Positions 1 to 11,425 are shown, numbered from the whole stretch's first letter. The stretch is 63,862 nucleotides of DNA, filler included, from Lama guanicoe (GCA_013239625.1; 76 parts of 75 records of this genome joined end to end with filler, not necessarily neighbours in it); one strand, 5' to 3'. The notes: generated by a model not told the origin, from the letters alone. Program-made: numbers and translations.

Positions 1-181
1 GTCAATATACTTGAAAAACAGGGTAACTACAAATGAAAAGCATACAATAAAGACACAAAAACCAAAAAGAAACCATGCTAATACAAAAAAATTATGAAAC
101 AAAAAAAAGAAAGAAAGAAAGAGAAAGAAAAAGGAAGTAACAAAGTGGAAAAACCAAATAAACTGGATAATTAAATTCAAA

Positions 182-512
182 GTGGCAGTAAACACACATC
201 TGTCAATAATTACCATAAATGTCAAGGCACTAACTCTTCCCATCCAAAGGTATAGAATGGCAGATTGGATAATGAACCAAGAACTTAAGAACTTACAATA
301 TGCTGCATAAAAGAGATCCACTTTAGGATGAAGGACACATATAGATTGAAAGTGAGAGGATGGAAAAAGATATTAAAGCAAATGGAAGTGACAAGAAAAC
401 TGAAGTAGCAATATTGATTTCAGACAGAACAGATTGTAAAACAAAGGCCATAAAGTAGACACAACACAATGATTAAAGGAGCAATGCAAGATAAGGATAT
501 TATACTCATTAA
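182..512 (+). mobile_element. LINE-1 ORF2 endonuclease N-terminus, degenerate
   Basis: Reads as HLSIITINV..., TICCIKEIHF, LKVRGWKK, VAILISD, matching the L1 APE domain, with frameshifts. Confidence 0.9.
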
Positions 513-612
513 NNNNNNNNNNNNNNNNNNNNNNNNNNNNNNNNNNNNNNNNNNNNTTAATTAATTAANNNNNNNNNNNNNNNNNNNNNNNNNNNNNNNN
601 NNNNNNNNNNNN
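513..612. other. Artificial scaffold linker N44-TTAATTAATTAA-N44 (first of ~75 copies; last at ~63508-63607)
   Basis: Identical 100-bp unit between unrelated fragments; palindromic 12-mer gives TAA in all six frames. Confidence 0.98.
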
Positions 613-750
613 AGCATTTATTGTTTGTGGACGTTTGAATGATGGCCATTCTGGCTGGTGTAAGGTGATTCCTCACTGTAGTTTTGACCAGTATTTCTCT
701 GATAAATAGCGATATTGAGCATTTTTTTGATGGTTGTATTTTTATATACC
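613..750 (-). mobile_element. LINE-1 ORF2 C-terminal fragment
   Basis: Minus ORF KTTVRNHLTPARMAIIQ..NNKC, typical L1 ORF2 C-terminal motif. Confidence 0.85.
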
Positions 751-1020
751 CCAATCATACCTTTTAGTTAGCTCTTTCAATACATTTTCTCTACTATTGC
801 CATGATTTGGGCCAGAGGTGTCTCCTAAATTCTTAGGTCATCTGGAATTTTTCCAAGTGTTCTAATGGTCTATGCTAGCTCTGTAATCCTATGTAAACAC
901 CTCAAGTTGACCTAGAACATCAATTCACTGCATGTTACACCTATGGATATGCATCTCTTTCTGTGATGTTAGCATTCACCTGTGTTCACACACTATTTAA
1001 TTTCAATAGAAATTAATTTT

Positions 1021-1205
1021 AAATACCTGCTGTATAGTACAGGGAACTATATTCAATTTCTTATAAAAGCTATAATGGAAAAGAATCTTAAAATATATGT
1101 ATGTATATGCATAACTCAATCGATTTGCTATACACCTGAAACTAACATTGTAAATCAACTACACTTCAATTAAAACAAATAAAATTTTAAAAAAAGAAAA
1201 AAGAA
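1021..1205 (+). mobile_element. LINE-1 3' UTR end with A-rich tail (cetartiodactyl type)
   Basis: ctgtatagtacagggaactatattcaat...tacacctgaaactaacattgtaaatcaactacacttcaat followed by A-rich tail. Confidence 0.8.
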
Positions 1206-1368
1206 ATTAATTTTTTATTTAATCATTGTATTTTATTTTATTATTATTTATNNNNNNNNNNNNNNNNNNNNNNNNNNNNNNNNNNNNNNNNNNNNTTAAT
1301 TAATTAANNNNNNNNNNNNNNNNNNNNNNNNNNNNNNNNNNNNNNNNNNNNCATCCCGCCGCTGTTAC

Positions 1369-1583
1369 CTGTTCTTCCTGTCTCTGCTGTCTACGACATT
1401 TTTGTTACATAACAGCAACACCTCCGCTGTGTCCAGATCACCAAAATATGCTGCTTTGTGGAACAGACTTAGGTCGCGCTTACGGACGTGATACCCAGGC
1501 ACGGGGTGCTCATGATCCCTGCGCTCTCTCTGATGGATGCTGAAGCCCACGCAGCCCGCGAACTCAATGAGTCTCTTCTTCAT
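1369..1583 (-). CDS. Coding exon 1 of an ANKRD26-family (ANKRD26/30/62/POTE-like) ankyrin-repeat gene
   Basis: MKKRL...PGYHVRKRDLSLFHKAAYFGDLDTAEVLLLCNKNVVDSRDRKNR aligns with recalled human ANKRD26 exon 1 (PGYHVRDRDLGKIHKAASAG...NDRDKMNR); ends at phase-2 donor AACAG|GTAAC. Confidence 0.88.
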
Positions 1584-1900
1584 CTGGCTTATCGCCTTCC
1601 GACACCGCTCACTTCCCTCTTGGCCTCTTGCCGCCTCCCGATCTCAGCGCCGGCGCTATAGAAGAGCCACAGAGGTCTCGCTGCCACACCTTGGCTGCAA
1701 AGCTCAACGGCTCGGAATGTTTGGTCCGGAACAGTCGTAGCCTAGCAACAGCACTGCCCCTCAACTGTCCCTCCAGAGCCAGTGTCCCTGTGAGTGCGCA
1801 CAGAGACCCGGAGGCCCAGTGTGCCTGGTGCGCACTCGGGAGCCTAAGGCATTTCAAATCTCTGCAATTGCTTGTGGGCCATTTTGGATTCCTTTCAAAT
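1584..1900 (-). promoter_or_regulatory. 5' UTR/promoter of the ANKRD26-like gene with RFX X-box, MYB and CHR-like motifs
   Basis: GTAGCCTAGCAAC (1737-1749) fits GTNRCCN0-3RGYAAC; CAACGG at 1705-1710; TTTGAAA on minus at ~1852 and ~1892; CpG-enriched. Confidence 0.5.
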
Positions 1901-2258
1901 GTCGGTGCTAGGTGGCCGAGTGTTTTGGGACATTTCCAGAAGTGAGGCTTGCCCCTGGCAAAGCCATGTTTGTATGACTGTGGTTAGAGTGGGGTGGAAA
2001 CACAGGATGCTGAAGGCCTAGTCCCCCAGAGAGCTCCCCACCGAAAGTCTCTGTATCTCCTTATCCCTCAGTTTATTCCTCTCCCCATCCCTCTGCGCCC
2101 CAGGCAGTTTCCAGGGAATTTAGTAGATGCAAACAGCAGAAAGCTGTTTTCATGGTTTNNNNNNNNNNNNNNNNNNNNNNNNNNNNNNNNNNNNNNNNNN
2201 NNTTAATTAATTAANNNNNNNNNNNNNNNNNNNNNNNNNNNNNNNNNNNNNNNNNNNN

Positions 2259-2560
2259 ATGTGATGTGCCTCGGGGAGAAAATACCTGTATTATGTAAGT
2301 TTCATCCGGGCATGAGTTACAGCGATGTTGCTCATGAATTGAATGTCAACACAGCAACGATCTATATTAAATAAGAGGACTTTAAACAGAAAAATAGATA
2401 AAATAACGTTACATATTCATTGTTTGATAAAAATGTTGCGACCAGAGGCTCACAGGAACATAACCTTCTACTTCCACTATCAGCAATGTTTCGTTATTCA
2501 CTAATTCAGTGCACTGTGATTTGATCGATCATAACTACTATGAATAACAAGAATCAATTC
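2259..2560. mobile_element. TcMar-Tigger DNA transposon fossil (subfamily uncertain, MER82-like)
   Basis: Recalled Tigger-type consensus blocks: tttaaacagaaa..., gaccagaggctcacaggaac.taacc, ctaattcagtg, ataactac...gaataacaagaatcaa. Confidence 0.7.
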
Positions 2561-3170
2561 CGCCACTCCTGGGTGAAGATAAAGGCACAATCTGAATATA
2601 CAATAAGAGAAAGGATATTATGCAGAATTGATATGCTCAAGCAAACACTGAGAGACAAACAGAAAATAACAATTTCACAAAACAACTAGAACTTAGCTCT
2701 GATTCTAAATAGTCCATCAGGTCCTGGGAAGTCTCTGTTTCTTCTTAATGCCCATAAAGAGCTTGGTATAGAACAGCACTTCTGTGCTGTTTTGTCTTGT
2801 TGTTTTGCAAACTCAGGAGCTTCTGAGTATAATCTGAAACTGACTGTGTACACAGAGGGCAAGGAAAGGCCAAAAAAAAGTGGGGGGGCAGCTTTTGGTA
2901 GGTGGTGGTGGTGTTAAGAAGAAGGGAACTTACACGTGAGGGTTGTCTTGGGCGATGCAAGATGAGTAGATCCACGATGCAAGATGAGTAGATCCCACCT
3001 TGCCTGCTAGCATCTTAAGAGTTTATACAGAGGCCTTAATGGGTTCAATCACATAACATGGTCCAGTGCTNNNNNNNNNNNNNNNNNNNNNNNNNNNNNN
3101 NNNNNNNNNNNNNNTTAATTAATTAANNNNNNNNNNNNNNNNNNNNNNNNNNNNNNNNNNNNNNNNNNNN

Positions 3171-3972
3171 CACAGAGACATTAGGAAAAAACCCAGGGGA
3201 GGCGAGCTTAGGCATTCCGATAGAACACACGAGCTGCCGACCTTTGGTGGAACCTCCCCACGCTCAGGATTCCGGAACAATTTTCAGTGCGTGGGGCGCT
3301 CGAGAGACAACTCCACGCAGCTCTCTTCAGTCACAGGTGTTCCCTGTTAGGGGGAATTCTGAGAAATACCTTCCCTGACCATGGGGAGGCAGCCTCTGTC
3401 ACTGGGATTGCCTGCAAACAATCCCTGGCACAGAGACATTAGGAAAAAAACCAGGGGAGTCGAGCTTAGGCACTTCGTTAGAACCCACGCGCTGCCGACA
3501 GTTGGTGGAACCTCCCCACGCTCAGGATTCCGGAACCATTGTCAGTGCGTGGGGTAGTTCGAGAGACAACTCCACGCAGCTCTCTTCCGTCACAGGTGTC
3601 CCCTGAACGGGGAAGTCCGAGATATACATTCCCTGAACTTGCGGAGGCAGCCGCTGTCACTGGGATTGCCTGCAAACACCCCTAGCATTCCCTGGCACAG
3701 AGACATTAGGAAAAAACCCATGTGAGTCGAGCTTAGGCATTCCGTTAGAACCCACGCGCTGCCGACNNNNNNNNNNNNNNNNNNNNNNNNNNNNNNNNNN
3801 NNNNNNNNNNNNNNNNNNNNNNNNNNNNNNNNNNNNNNNNNNNNNNNNNNNNNNNNNNNNNNNNNNNNNNNNNNNNNNNNNNNNNNNNNNNNNAAAAACC
3901 TTCCCTGACCTTGTGGAGGCAGACTCTGTCACTGGGATTGCCTGCAAACCCCCTAGCATTCCCAGGCACAGA
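3171..3972 (+). repeat. 267-bp CpG-rich satellite, ~3 monomers
   Basis: Anchor cacagagacattagg at 3171, 3429, 3696 (258 with a deletion, then 267). Confidence 0.95.
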
Positions 3973-4072
3973 NNNNNNNNNNNNNNNNNNNNNNNNNNNN
4001 NNNNNNNNNNNNNNNNTTAATTAATTAANNNNNNNNNNNNNNNNNNNNNNNNNNNNNNNNNNNNNNNNNNNN

Positions 4073-5175
4073 CCATGTTCTAAATTCTGAGTTCTATATT
4101 CTGTTTTCCATATTTTATATTATGTGTGCTTCATTCAATATTCTGTATTCTATATTCTGCATTCGAATTCTACATACTTAATTCTGTGATCTACATTCTA
4201 TATTCTAAATTCTATATTCAGTATTACATATTCTATATTCTAAATTCTGTGCTCTGCATTCAATGTTCTAAATTCTTGGTTCTGTATTCTGTTTTCCATA
4301 TTCTATATTCTGTGTNNNNNNNNNNNNNNNNNNNNNNNNNNNNNNNNNNNNNNNNNNNNNNNNNNNNNNNNNNNNNNNNNNNNNNNNNNNNNNNNNNNNN
4401 NNNNNNNNNNNNNNNNNNNNNNNNNNNNNNNNNNNNNNNNNNNNNNNNNNNNNNNNNNNNNNNNNNNNNNNNNNNNNNNNNNNNNNNNNNNNNNNNNNNN
4501 NNNNNNNNNNNNNNNNNNNNNNNNNNNNNNNNNNNNNNNNNNNNNNNNNNNNNNNNNNNNNNNNNNNNNNNNNNNNNNNNNNNNNNNNNNNNNNNNNNNN
4601 NNNNNNNNNNNNNNNNNNNNNNNNNNNNNNNNNNNNNNNNNNNNNNNNNNNNNNNNNNNNNNNNNNNNNNNNNNNNNNNNNNNNNNNNNNNNNNNNNNNN
4701 NNNNNNNNNNNNNNNNNNNNNNNNNNNNNNNNNNNNNNNNNNNNNNNNNNNNNNNNNNNNNNNNNNNNNNNNNNNNNNNNNNNNNNNNNNNNNNNNNNNN
4801 NNNNNNNNNNNNNNNNNNNNNNNNNNNNNNNNNNNNNNNNNNNNNNNNNNNNNNNNNNNNNNNNNNNNNNNNNNNNNNNNNNNNNNNNNNNNNNNNNNNN
4901 NNNNNNNNNNNNNNNNNNNNNNNNNNNNNNNNNNNNNNNNNNNNNNNNNNNNNNNNNNNNNNNNNNNNNNNNNNNNNNNNNNNNNNNNNNNNNNNNNNNN
5001 NNNNNNTCTATATTCAGTATTCTGTATTCTATATTCTAAATTCAATGTTCTGCATTCCATGTTCTGATTCCATATGCAGTATTGTGTGTTCTATATTCTA
5101 AATGCTGTGTTCTGCTTTCTATGTTTTAAATTCCATATTCAGTATTCTGTATTCTATATTCGAAATTCTGTGTGA
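4073..5175 (+). repeat. Heptamer-based AT-rich satellite (TATATTC/TGTATTC/TAAATTC/TGTGTTC variants)
   Basis: Continuous variant 7-mers on both sides of an internal gap. Confidence 0.95.
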
Positions 5176-5664
5176 NNNNNNNNNNNNNNNNNNNNNNNNN
5201 NNNNNNNNNNNNNNNNNNNTTAATTAATTAANNNNNNNNNNNNNNNNNNNNNNNNNNNNNNNNNNNNNNNNNNNNGGGGAATGAGTACGACCAACGAGGC
5301 CCAGTCTACCTGGCCACACGCGCCTTGCCTTCCTGCATTGGTGCAGCAGCAGAGCTTGTTTAGCTGAGATGAACGCCCCCAGAGCAGCCCGACGGGAAAT
5401 CTCCCAGCTCTGCACAGCGAGATGTGTTCCTTTCCTTCTCAGAGCTGATCACAATTTGCTGTCGTCTGTTTTTATGTATATCCCTTTTGTAACTGCCTCT
5501 CCTCCGGGGATTTTGCTCAAGCAGCATGGGGCCAGTTGTGTCTTGCGGCCTGCCGGATATTTTGGGCAGGGAAACAGCCGAGTCCACATCTGGCTCTGGT
5601 GCTGATCGGAGAGGGCACAAGTCCCAGGGGCCCATGCTGAACCGAGGCCCCTGCACCCAAAATT

Positions 5665-5775
5665 ATGGTCTGACTTTGGGCAAATTACATAGTCTTTTTT
5701 ACCCTGAGATTCCTCATCTGTCCATGAAAATAACAGCCCATGGCACACAGAGTTACAAATATTAAAGGAAATCAC
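5665..5775. mobile_element. MIR SINE fragment
   Basis: tgactttgggcaaattacat...ttcctcatctgt MIR core-like sequence. Confidence 0.55.
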
Positions 5776-6032
5776 CGAATTCACAACCTAGCCAAAGGGC
5801 TACCAGTGCATCCTCAACAGACAAATAATGCCTTTACGGCTCTGACACACGTGAAGCGTGGTGGCCATGAAGCGTGGTGGCCACACAAAGTGTACACTGC
5901 TAAGTGCCAGTGTGTTAAGTGCTTCATGTGTGNNNNNNNNNNNNNNNNNNNNNNNNNNNNNNNNNNNNNNNNNNNNTTAATTAATTAANNNNNNNNNNNN
6001 NNNNNNNNNNNNNNNNNNNNNNNNNNNNNNNN

Positions 6033-6901
6033 ACACAGAATTTAGAATATATAATACAGAATAGTGAATAGAGAATTTAGATAAAGCATGTTGAACACTG
6101 AATTTAGAATATAGTGTAAAGAATACAAAATACTAAATGAAGAATATAGAATGTAGAACACATTATATAGAATATAGAAATGAGGATATAGAACCCTGAA
6201 TTTAGAACATGGAATGTAGAACACAGAAATTGNNNNNNNNNNNNNNNNNNNNNNNNNNNNNNNNNNNNNNNNNNNNNNNNNNNNNNNNNNNNNNNNNNNN
6301 NNNNNNNNNNNNNNNNNNNNNNNNNNNNNNNNNNNNNNNNNNNNNNNNNNNNNNNNNNNNNNNNNNNNNNNNNNNNNNNNNNNNNNNNNNNNNNNNNNNN
6401 NNNNNNNNNNNNNNNNNNNNNNNNNNNNNNNNNNNNNNNNNNNNNNNNNNNNNNNNNNNNNNNNNNNNNNNNNNNNNNNNNNNNNNNNNNNNNNNNNNNN
6501 NNNNNNNNNNNNNNNNNNNNNNNNNNNNNNNNNNNNNNNNNNNNNNNNNNNNNNNNNNNNNNNNNNNNNNNNNNNNNNNNNNNNNNNNNNNNNNNNNNNN
6601 NNNNNNNNNNNNNNNNNNNNNNNNNNNNNNNNNNNNNNNNNNNNNNNNNNNNNNNNNNNNNNNNNNNNNNNNNNNNNNNNNNNNNNNNNNNNNNNNNNNN
6701 NNNNNNNNNNNNNNNNNNNCAGAACACAGAATTTAGAATATAGAATACAGAATACAGAATATAAATTTTAGAATATAGAATGTAGAACACAGAATATAGA
6801 ATATGGAATACGGAATGCATAATGTAGGATACAGAATATAGAATTTAGAACTCAGAATATAGAATATTTCATAGAGTATATGGAACCCAAAATTTAGAAC
6901 A
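6033..6901 (-). repeat. Heptamer AT-rich satellite (GAATATA/GAACACA strand)
   Basis: Reverse complement of the 4073-5175 family. Confidence 0.95.
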
Positions 6902-7099
6902 NNNNNNNNNNNNNNNNNNNNNNNNNNNNNNNNNNNNNNNNNNNNTTAATTAATTAANNNNNNNNNNNNNNNNNNNNNNNNNNNNNNNNNNNNNNNNNNN
7001 NCTTAATATCAGAGTACTACAAAATATTTTGATTTTTCTGGTTTTTTTTTCAAAGTTTTTCTCACATACATGCACATTTTACTATAATATATCCCTATA

Positions 7100-7819
7100 A
7101 TGTCTTTAAAATCAATTAAATTATTAAAATATATCTCTGTGTTGTCAATATAGCCCTGTTGGTTCACTAATTTATTACTAGTAGCTTGCATATTTCTGTC
7201 TTCTCCATCCTTCTTCCCTGTCCGTACAGGAAACCACTTCCTGGTACACTACACATATATATGTCATTCTGTTCCTGTTTTTTTATGATTATTTCTCTTA
7301 TATCTTTATTTTCCTCATTTAAGTGACAACATAGAGTGTTTTTCTCTGTATGACTTATTTTCCTATGTGCAACGCTCTCTGGGTCCAGTCACATTATTCC
7401 AAATGGCAGAATTTTATTTTTCAATATGACAGAGACTAAATATTTATTATGTTATCTATATCTCACATCTACTTCAGCCAATCATCTGTTGATGGGCATT
7501 TGAGTTGTGCTTCAAACCTTGGCTACTATAAATGATGATGTTAAGGACATTTGGGGTAATATATCCTTTAAATTAATGTTTTCATTTTTTTTCAGATTTA
7601 TACCAAAAACTGGAATTGCTATTGCTGCAATGTATAATGCTTCTATTTCTAGTTTTCTAGGCACTGTCCACTCTTTTCTAATAGTGGATGCATCAATTTA
7701 TATTTCCACCAGCAGTGTACCTGGGATCCCTCTTCTCAAAATTCTTATTAATGTTTGTCATTTGTAGACATTTGTTAATAGCCATTTTGATTGCTGTGAG
7801 ATTATATTTAATTCTGGTT
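7100..7819 (-). mobile_element. Old LINE-1 3' region; close paralog of 49734-50508
   Basis: catctgttgatgggcatttg, ccttggctactataaat, atttccaccagcagtgta, aatagccattttg L1 3' motifs. Confidence 0.8.
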
Positions 7820-8644
7820 NNNNNNNNNNNNNNNNNNNNNNNNNNNNNNNNNNNNNNNNNNNNTTAATTAATTAANNNNNNNNNNNNNNNNNNNNNNNNN
7901 NNNNNNNNNNNNNNNNNNNTTATTTTTCAGGTCCAGAATATGATCATGCCAAATTTGATTTTGATGATGTTTGCTTCCCTTTACAAGGATTCACACCTTC
8001 CAGGATGCCCCACCGCTGCGCACACACTCTGTTGGCCATAAGGGGGGTGGCTAAGGTGGGGCACTTCCATGCAGAAGTTGTAGGCATTGTGCCAAACAGA
8101 TTTAATTTTTACAACAGTGACTGGGATGGTTTCTTCTCAGGTCAGAGGTAAACAAAGACCTAGGCCAAGGTGAAAGCTTAATGAGAGAAAGAACCACGGC
8201 GCAAATGGGCTCTCCAGTGTCCATTCAATGAAATATAAATTAACAAACGTAGTGGTTCTCACCTTTGGCTTCAGGGGTTAAAAAAAAAACAAAAACATTA
8301 TCTGTTCTGGGTTAGAAAAAGTTGGACCCAGAACAACATTGGGGAAAATAAGGGAATTTCGGGTTCAATTTAGAAAGTCTGAGAGATACGTGTTTCTAGA
8401 AAAAGGTTTTGGGCAGTGACCACAGTTCATCGATCGAATATATAATCCATAGACAAAACAAGGATGCAATGATCTTCACTCACAGTGCTCAGCCAGCCTA
8501 GACGCACAGTCTGGAGAGTCAGAAGCATGTAGGCAATGTTCACGNNNNNNNNNNNNNNNNNNNNNNNNNNNNNNNNNNNNNNNNNNNNTTAATTAATTAA
8601 NNNNNNNNNNNNNNNNNNNNNNNNNNNNNNNNNNNNNNNNNNNN

Positions 8645-9088
8645 TCTATGTCTGCTGTCTATTCCTTTTTTTCTTTGTGCTTTTTTTGTTTTGGTTTGGT
8701 TTTTTTTTTAGAACCATCTCATATGGCATTTTTATTTCTCTTTCTGTCTTAATTTACTTAGACTGATTTTCTCCAGGAGCATCCTTGTTGCTAAAAATGG
8801 CATTATGTTGATGGTTTATATGGCTGACTAGTATTCCACTGTATAAAACCACCTCTTTTTTATCCAGTCAACTGTCGATGGACATTTAGGCAGTTTCCAT
8901 GTCTTGGCTATTGTAAATAGTGCTGGCTATGAAAATTGGGCTGCAGGTGTCATCCTGAAATAGATTTCCTTCTGGATTTAATGCCAGGAGCGGGATTCCT
9001 GGGTCATATGGTATTCTATTCCAAGGATTTTGAGGAATTTCCATCCTGCTTTCCACATTGGCTGCACCGAACTGCATTGCAACCAACA
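8645..9088 (-). mobile_element. LINE-1 ORF2 C-terminus/3' UTR
   Basis: Minus ORF IPYDPGIPLL...DTCSPIFIA; gtttccatgtcttggctattgtaaatagtgctg. Confidence 0.9.
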
Positions 9089-9188
9089 NNNNNNNNNNNN
9101 NNNNNNNNNNNNNNNNNNNNNNNNNNNNNNNNTTAATTAATTAANNNNNNNNNNNNNNNNNNNNNNNNNNNNNNNNNNNNNNNNNNNN

Positions 9189-9913
9189 AAAAGCACACTC
9201 AGATGCACACCAGAGGCGACTAGGGAGCGTCAGAAAGACGCAGGAGGGAAGCAGGAGGCAGGAGGAGGCAGCAGGCAGGGAGCCATGGGAGTGGGAAGCA
9301 GGCAGGTCCCCTCGCAAATCCCCCTCCTGCCTCACATCTCATCGCTGGTTTGGCCGGGGACCGAGGAGCCAGGGGGCAGGTGGAGGATGGAGCTGGCGCT
9401 GGGCAGCAGGCTCGGCCGGAGAGCGGAGGAGGTCGGGGGTTGGAAGAGAAACGCAGAGCGAGGGAGGCGGCTGGAGGAGGATGATCCCTCCGCGGGATCG
9501 GGCGGCGGTGCAGACGCCCTGGTCGGGCTTTGTGGAGCTCTGCTAGTTTTCAACCCGCTCTCACAGACTCCAGCCCAACTTGGGGTGGGGACAAAAAGAA
9601 CTGACAATTTCAGCACTGCCACCCAGCCAAAGAGAACAAAAAAAGCAAAGCCTTCCTCCCATTCTGTTTTTCTTTTATTTTTGTGCAGCCCTGCTCGGTG
9701 GGAGGGAATGGATTAGGCTGAGCAACACCGGAGAAGGCGTAAATCCGGGCGGGGGCCCGGGGACCCGGGGGAGGGCGGTGCGGACGGGGCTCTGAAGGCG
9801 CGCGCCGGGCGGGCGGGCGGCGCCGCGCGGAGACGGCGGCGGGGACGGGGCTGCGCCGTCCGCGGTCGCTGCGCTTCGCCATCTCGGGCTCGTTCTCCAC
9901 ACCCGCCTCCCCG
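9189..9913. promoter_or_regulatory. CpG-island fragment, probable promoter/5' UTR of an unidentified gene
   Basis: Very GC- and CpG-rich, especially 9745-9913; GC boxes; CGCCATCT YY1-like motif near 9877. Confidence 0.65.
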
Positions 9914-10013
9914 NNNNNNNNNNNNNNNNNNNNNNNNNNNNNNNNNNNNNNNNNNNNTTAATTAATTAANNNNNNNNNNNNNNNNNNNNNNNNNNNNNNN
10001 NNNNNNNNNNNNN

Positions 10014-10558
10014 AGGCATTCCGTTAGAACCCACGCGCTACCGACCTTTGGTGGAACCTTCCGACGCTCAGGATTCCGGAACCATTTTCAGTGCGTGTGG
10101 GAGCTCGGGAGACAACTCCACGCAGCTCTCTTCAGTCACAGGTGTTCCCTGTTCGGGGAAGTCCGAGAAATTCCTTCCCTGATCTTGGGGAGGCAGCCTC
10201 TGTCCCTGGGACTTCCTGCAANNNNNNNNNNNNNNNNNNNNNNNNNNNNNNNNNNNNNNNNNNNNNNNNNNNNCTCAGGGGAGACGAGCTTAGGCATACC
10301 GTTAGAACCCACGCGCTGCCGACCGTTGGTGGAACCTCCCCACACTCAGGATTCCGGAACCTTTGTCAGTGTGTGAGGGATCTCGAGAGACAACTCCACG
10401 CAGCTCTCTTGAGTCACAGGTGTTCCCTGTTCGGGGAAGTCCGAGAAATACCTTCCCTCAACTTGGGGAGGCAGCCTCAGTCCCTGGGACTTTCTTCAAA
10501 CCCCCCTATCATTCCTTGGCACAGAGACATTAGGAAAAACCTCAGGGGAGTCGAGCTT
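10014..10558 (+). repeat. 267-bp CpG-rich satellite, ~2 monomers
   Basis: ctcaggggag at 10274 and 10541 (267 apart, no gap between); same sequence as 3171-3972. Confidence 0.95.
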
Positions 10559-10987
10559 NNNNNNNNNNNNNNNNNNNNNNNNNNNNNNNNNNNNNNNNNN
10601 NNTTAATTAATTAANNNNNNNNNNNNNNNNNNNNNNNNNNNNNNNNNNNNNNNNNNNNATGTTTACCATAGTGGAAGGGAAAGAGTTTTTAATGGTTGAA
10701 TATTGACCGATAGAAAGTAGTATTCATAAAGGAGAAAAGCAACAAGGAAAATTTGTATAGATTATGGAGTTATACACAATAGTTTAAAATAATTGTAGGT
10801 TAAAATTATTGTCGTAATTCATAATGCAATATAATCTACAAAATGATTAGAAAAGCTATGCTGTACATCTGAAACTACACAATATAGTACATCTACAGTA
10901 CTTCAATNNNNNNNNNNNNNNNNNNNNNNNNNNNNNNNNNNNNNNNNNNNNNNNNNNNNNNNNNNNNNNNNNNNNNNNNNNNNNNNN

Positions 10988-11425
10988 ACTCTTTACCTTC
11001 TATAATTACTGTTTCATATTATTTCTTTTGCTGTTGTGAACATGTTACCAGTTTGAATTATCTATATTTATTGTCCCTGATTTCCTATTTTTCTCTCTTT
11101 AAAACATATGGTACAGTAGCATTTAAAAACATACCGAAAGAAACAGATGCAAATTTCTCATGGTCTCTCCTTAGCATTTTGGTCAATGTTTTGCCCATTT
11201 TTGCCATTTTATATTTCTTGGAAGACTTCTATTCTGCACCTCTTTTAAGGTGTCTCGGTTTTGTTTTTCTCATCACATTCATGTTTGTTTGTCTGGTAAA
11301 GCCTTTATTTTCACTTTATATCTAAGTGATAACTGTGTAAGTACTATTGGGTGAGTGATTTCTTATTTCAGTAGTTTGTAATTTTATTTACCCGTGGACT
11401 ATGTTTTCTGCTCAGAAATCTGCTG
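10988..11425 (-). mobile_element. Degenerate LINE-1 fragment (ORF1 end/inter-ORF)
   Basis: ttctgctcagaaatctgctg is the antisense of the ORF1 ADFS motif; tgtttgtctggtaaagcctttatttt. Confidence 0.6.

Noticed and set aside
3473..3489. CTTCGTTAGAA resembling a CENP-B box
   Set aside because: Essential CGGG half is missing, and other monomers read TTCCGTTAGAA or similar
4126..5067. Long ORFs (313 aa here; also 347 aa at 51902 and others)
   Set aside because: Length comes from N runs; the Y/I/L/S/F-rich peptides are translations of satellite DNA
5852..5883. 16-bp tandem duplication tgaagcgtggtggcca
   Set aside because: Ordinary micro-duplication with no wider structure
7931..8160. Possible exon: open plus frame between AG and GTAAAC; good acceptor on minus
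   Set aside because: No protein family recognised and all minus frames have stops; needs blastx
9610..9900. Arg/Pro-rich ORFs in CpG islands (also 58512-59127)
   Set aside because: Expected from stop-codon scarcity at high GC; no homology recognised
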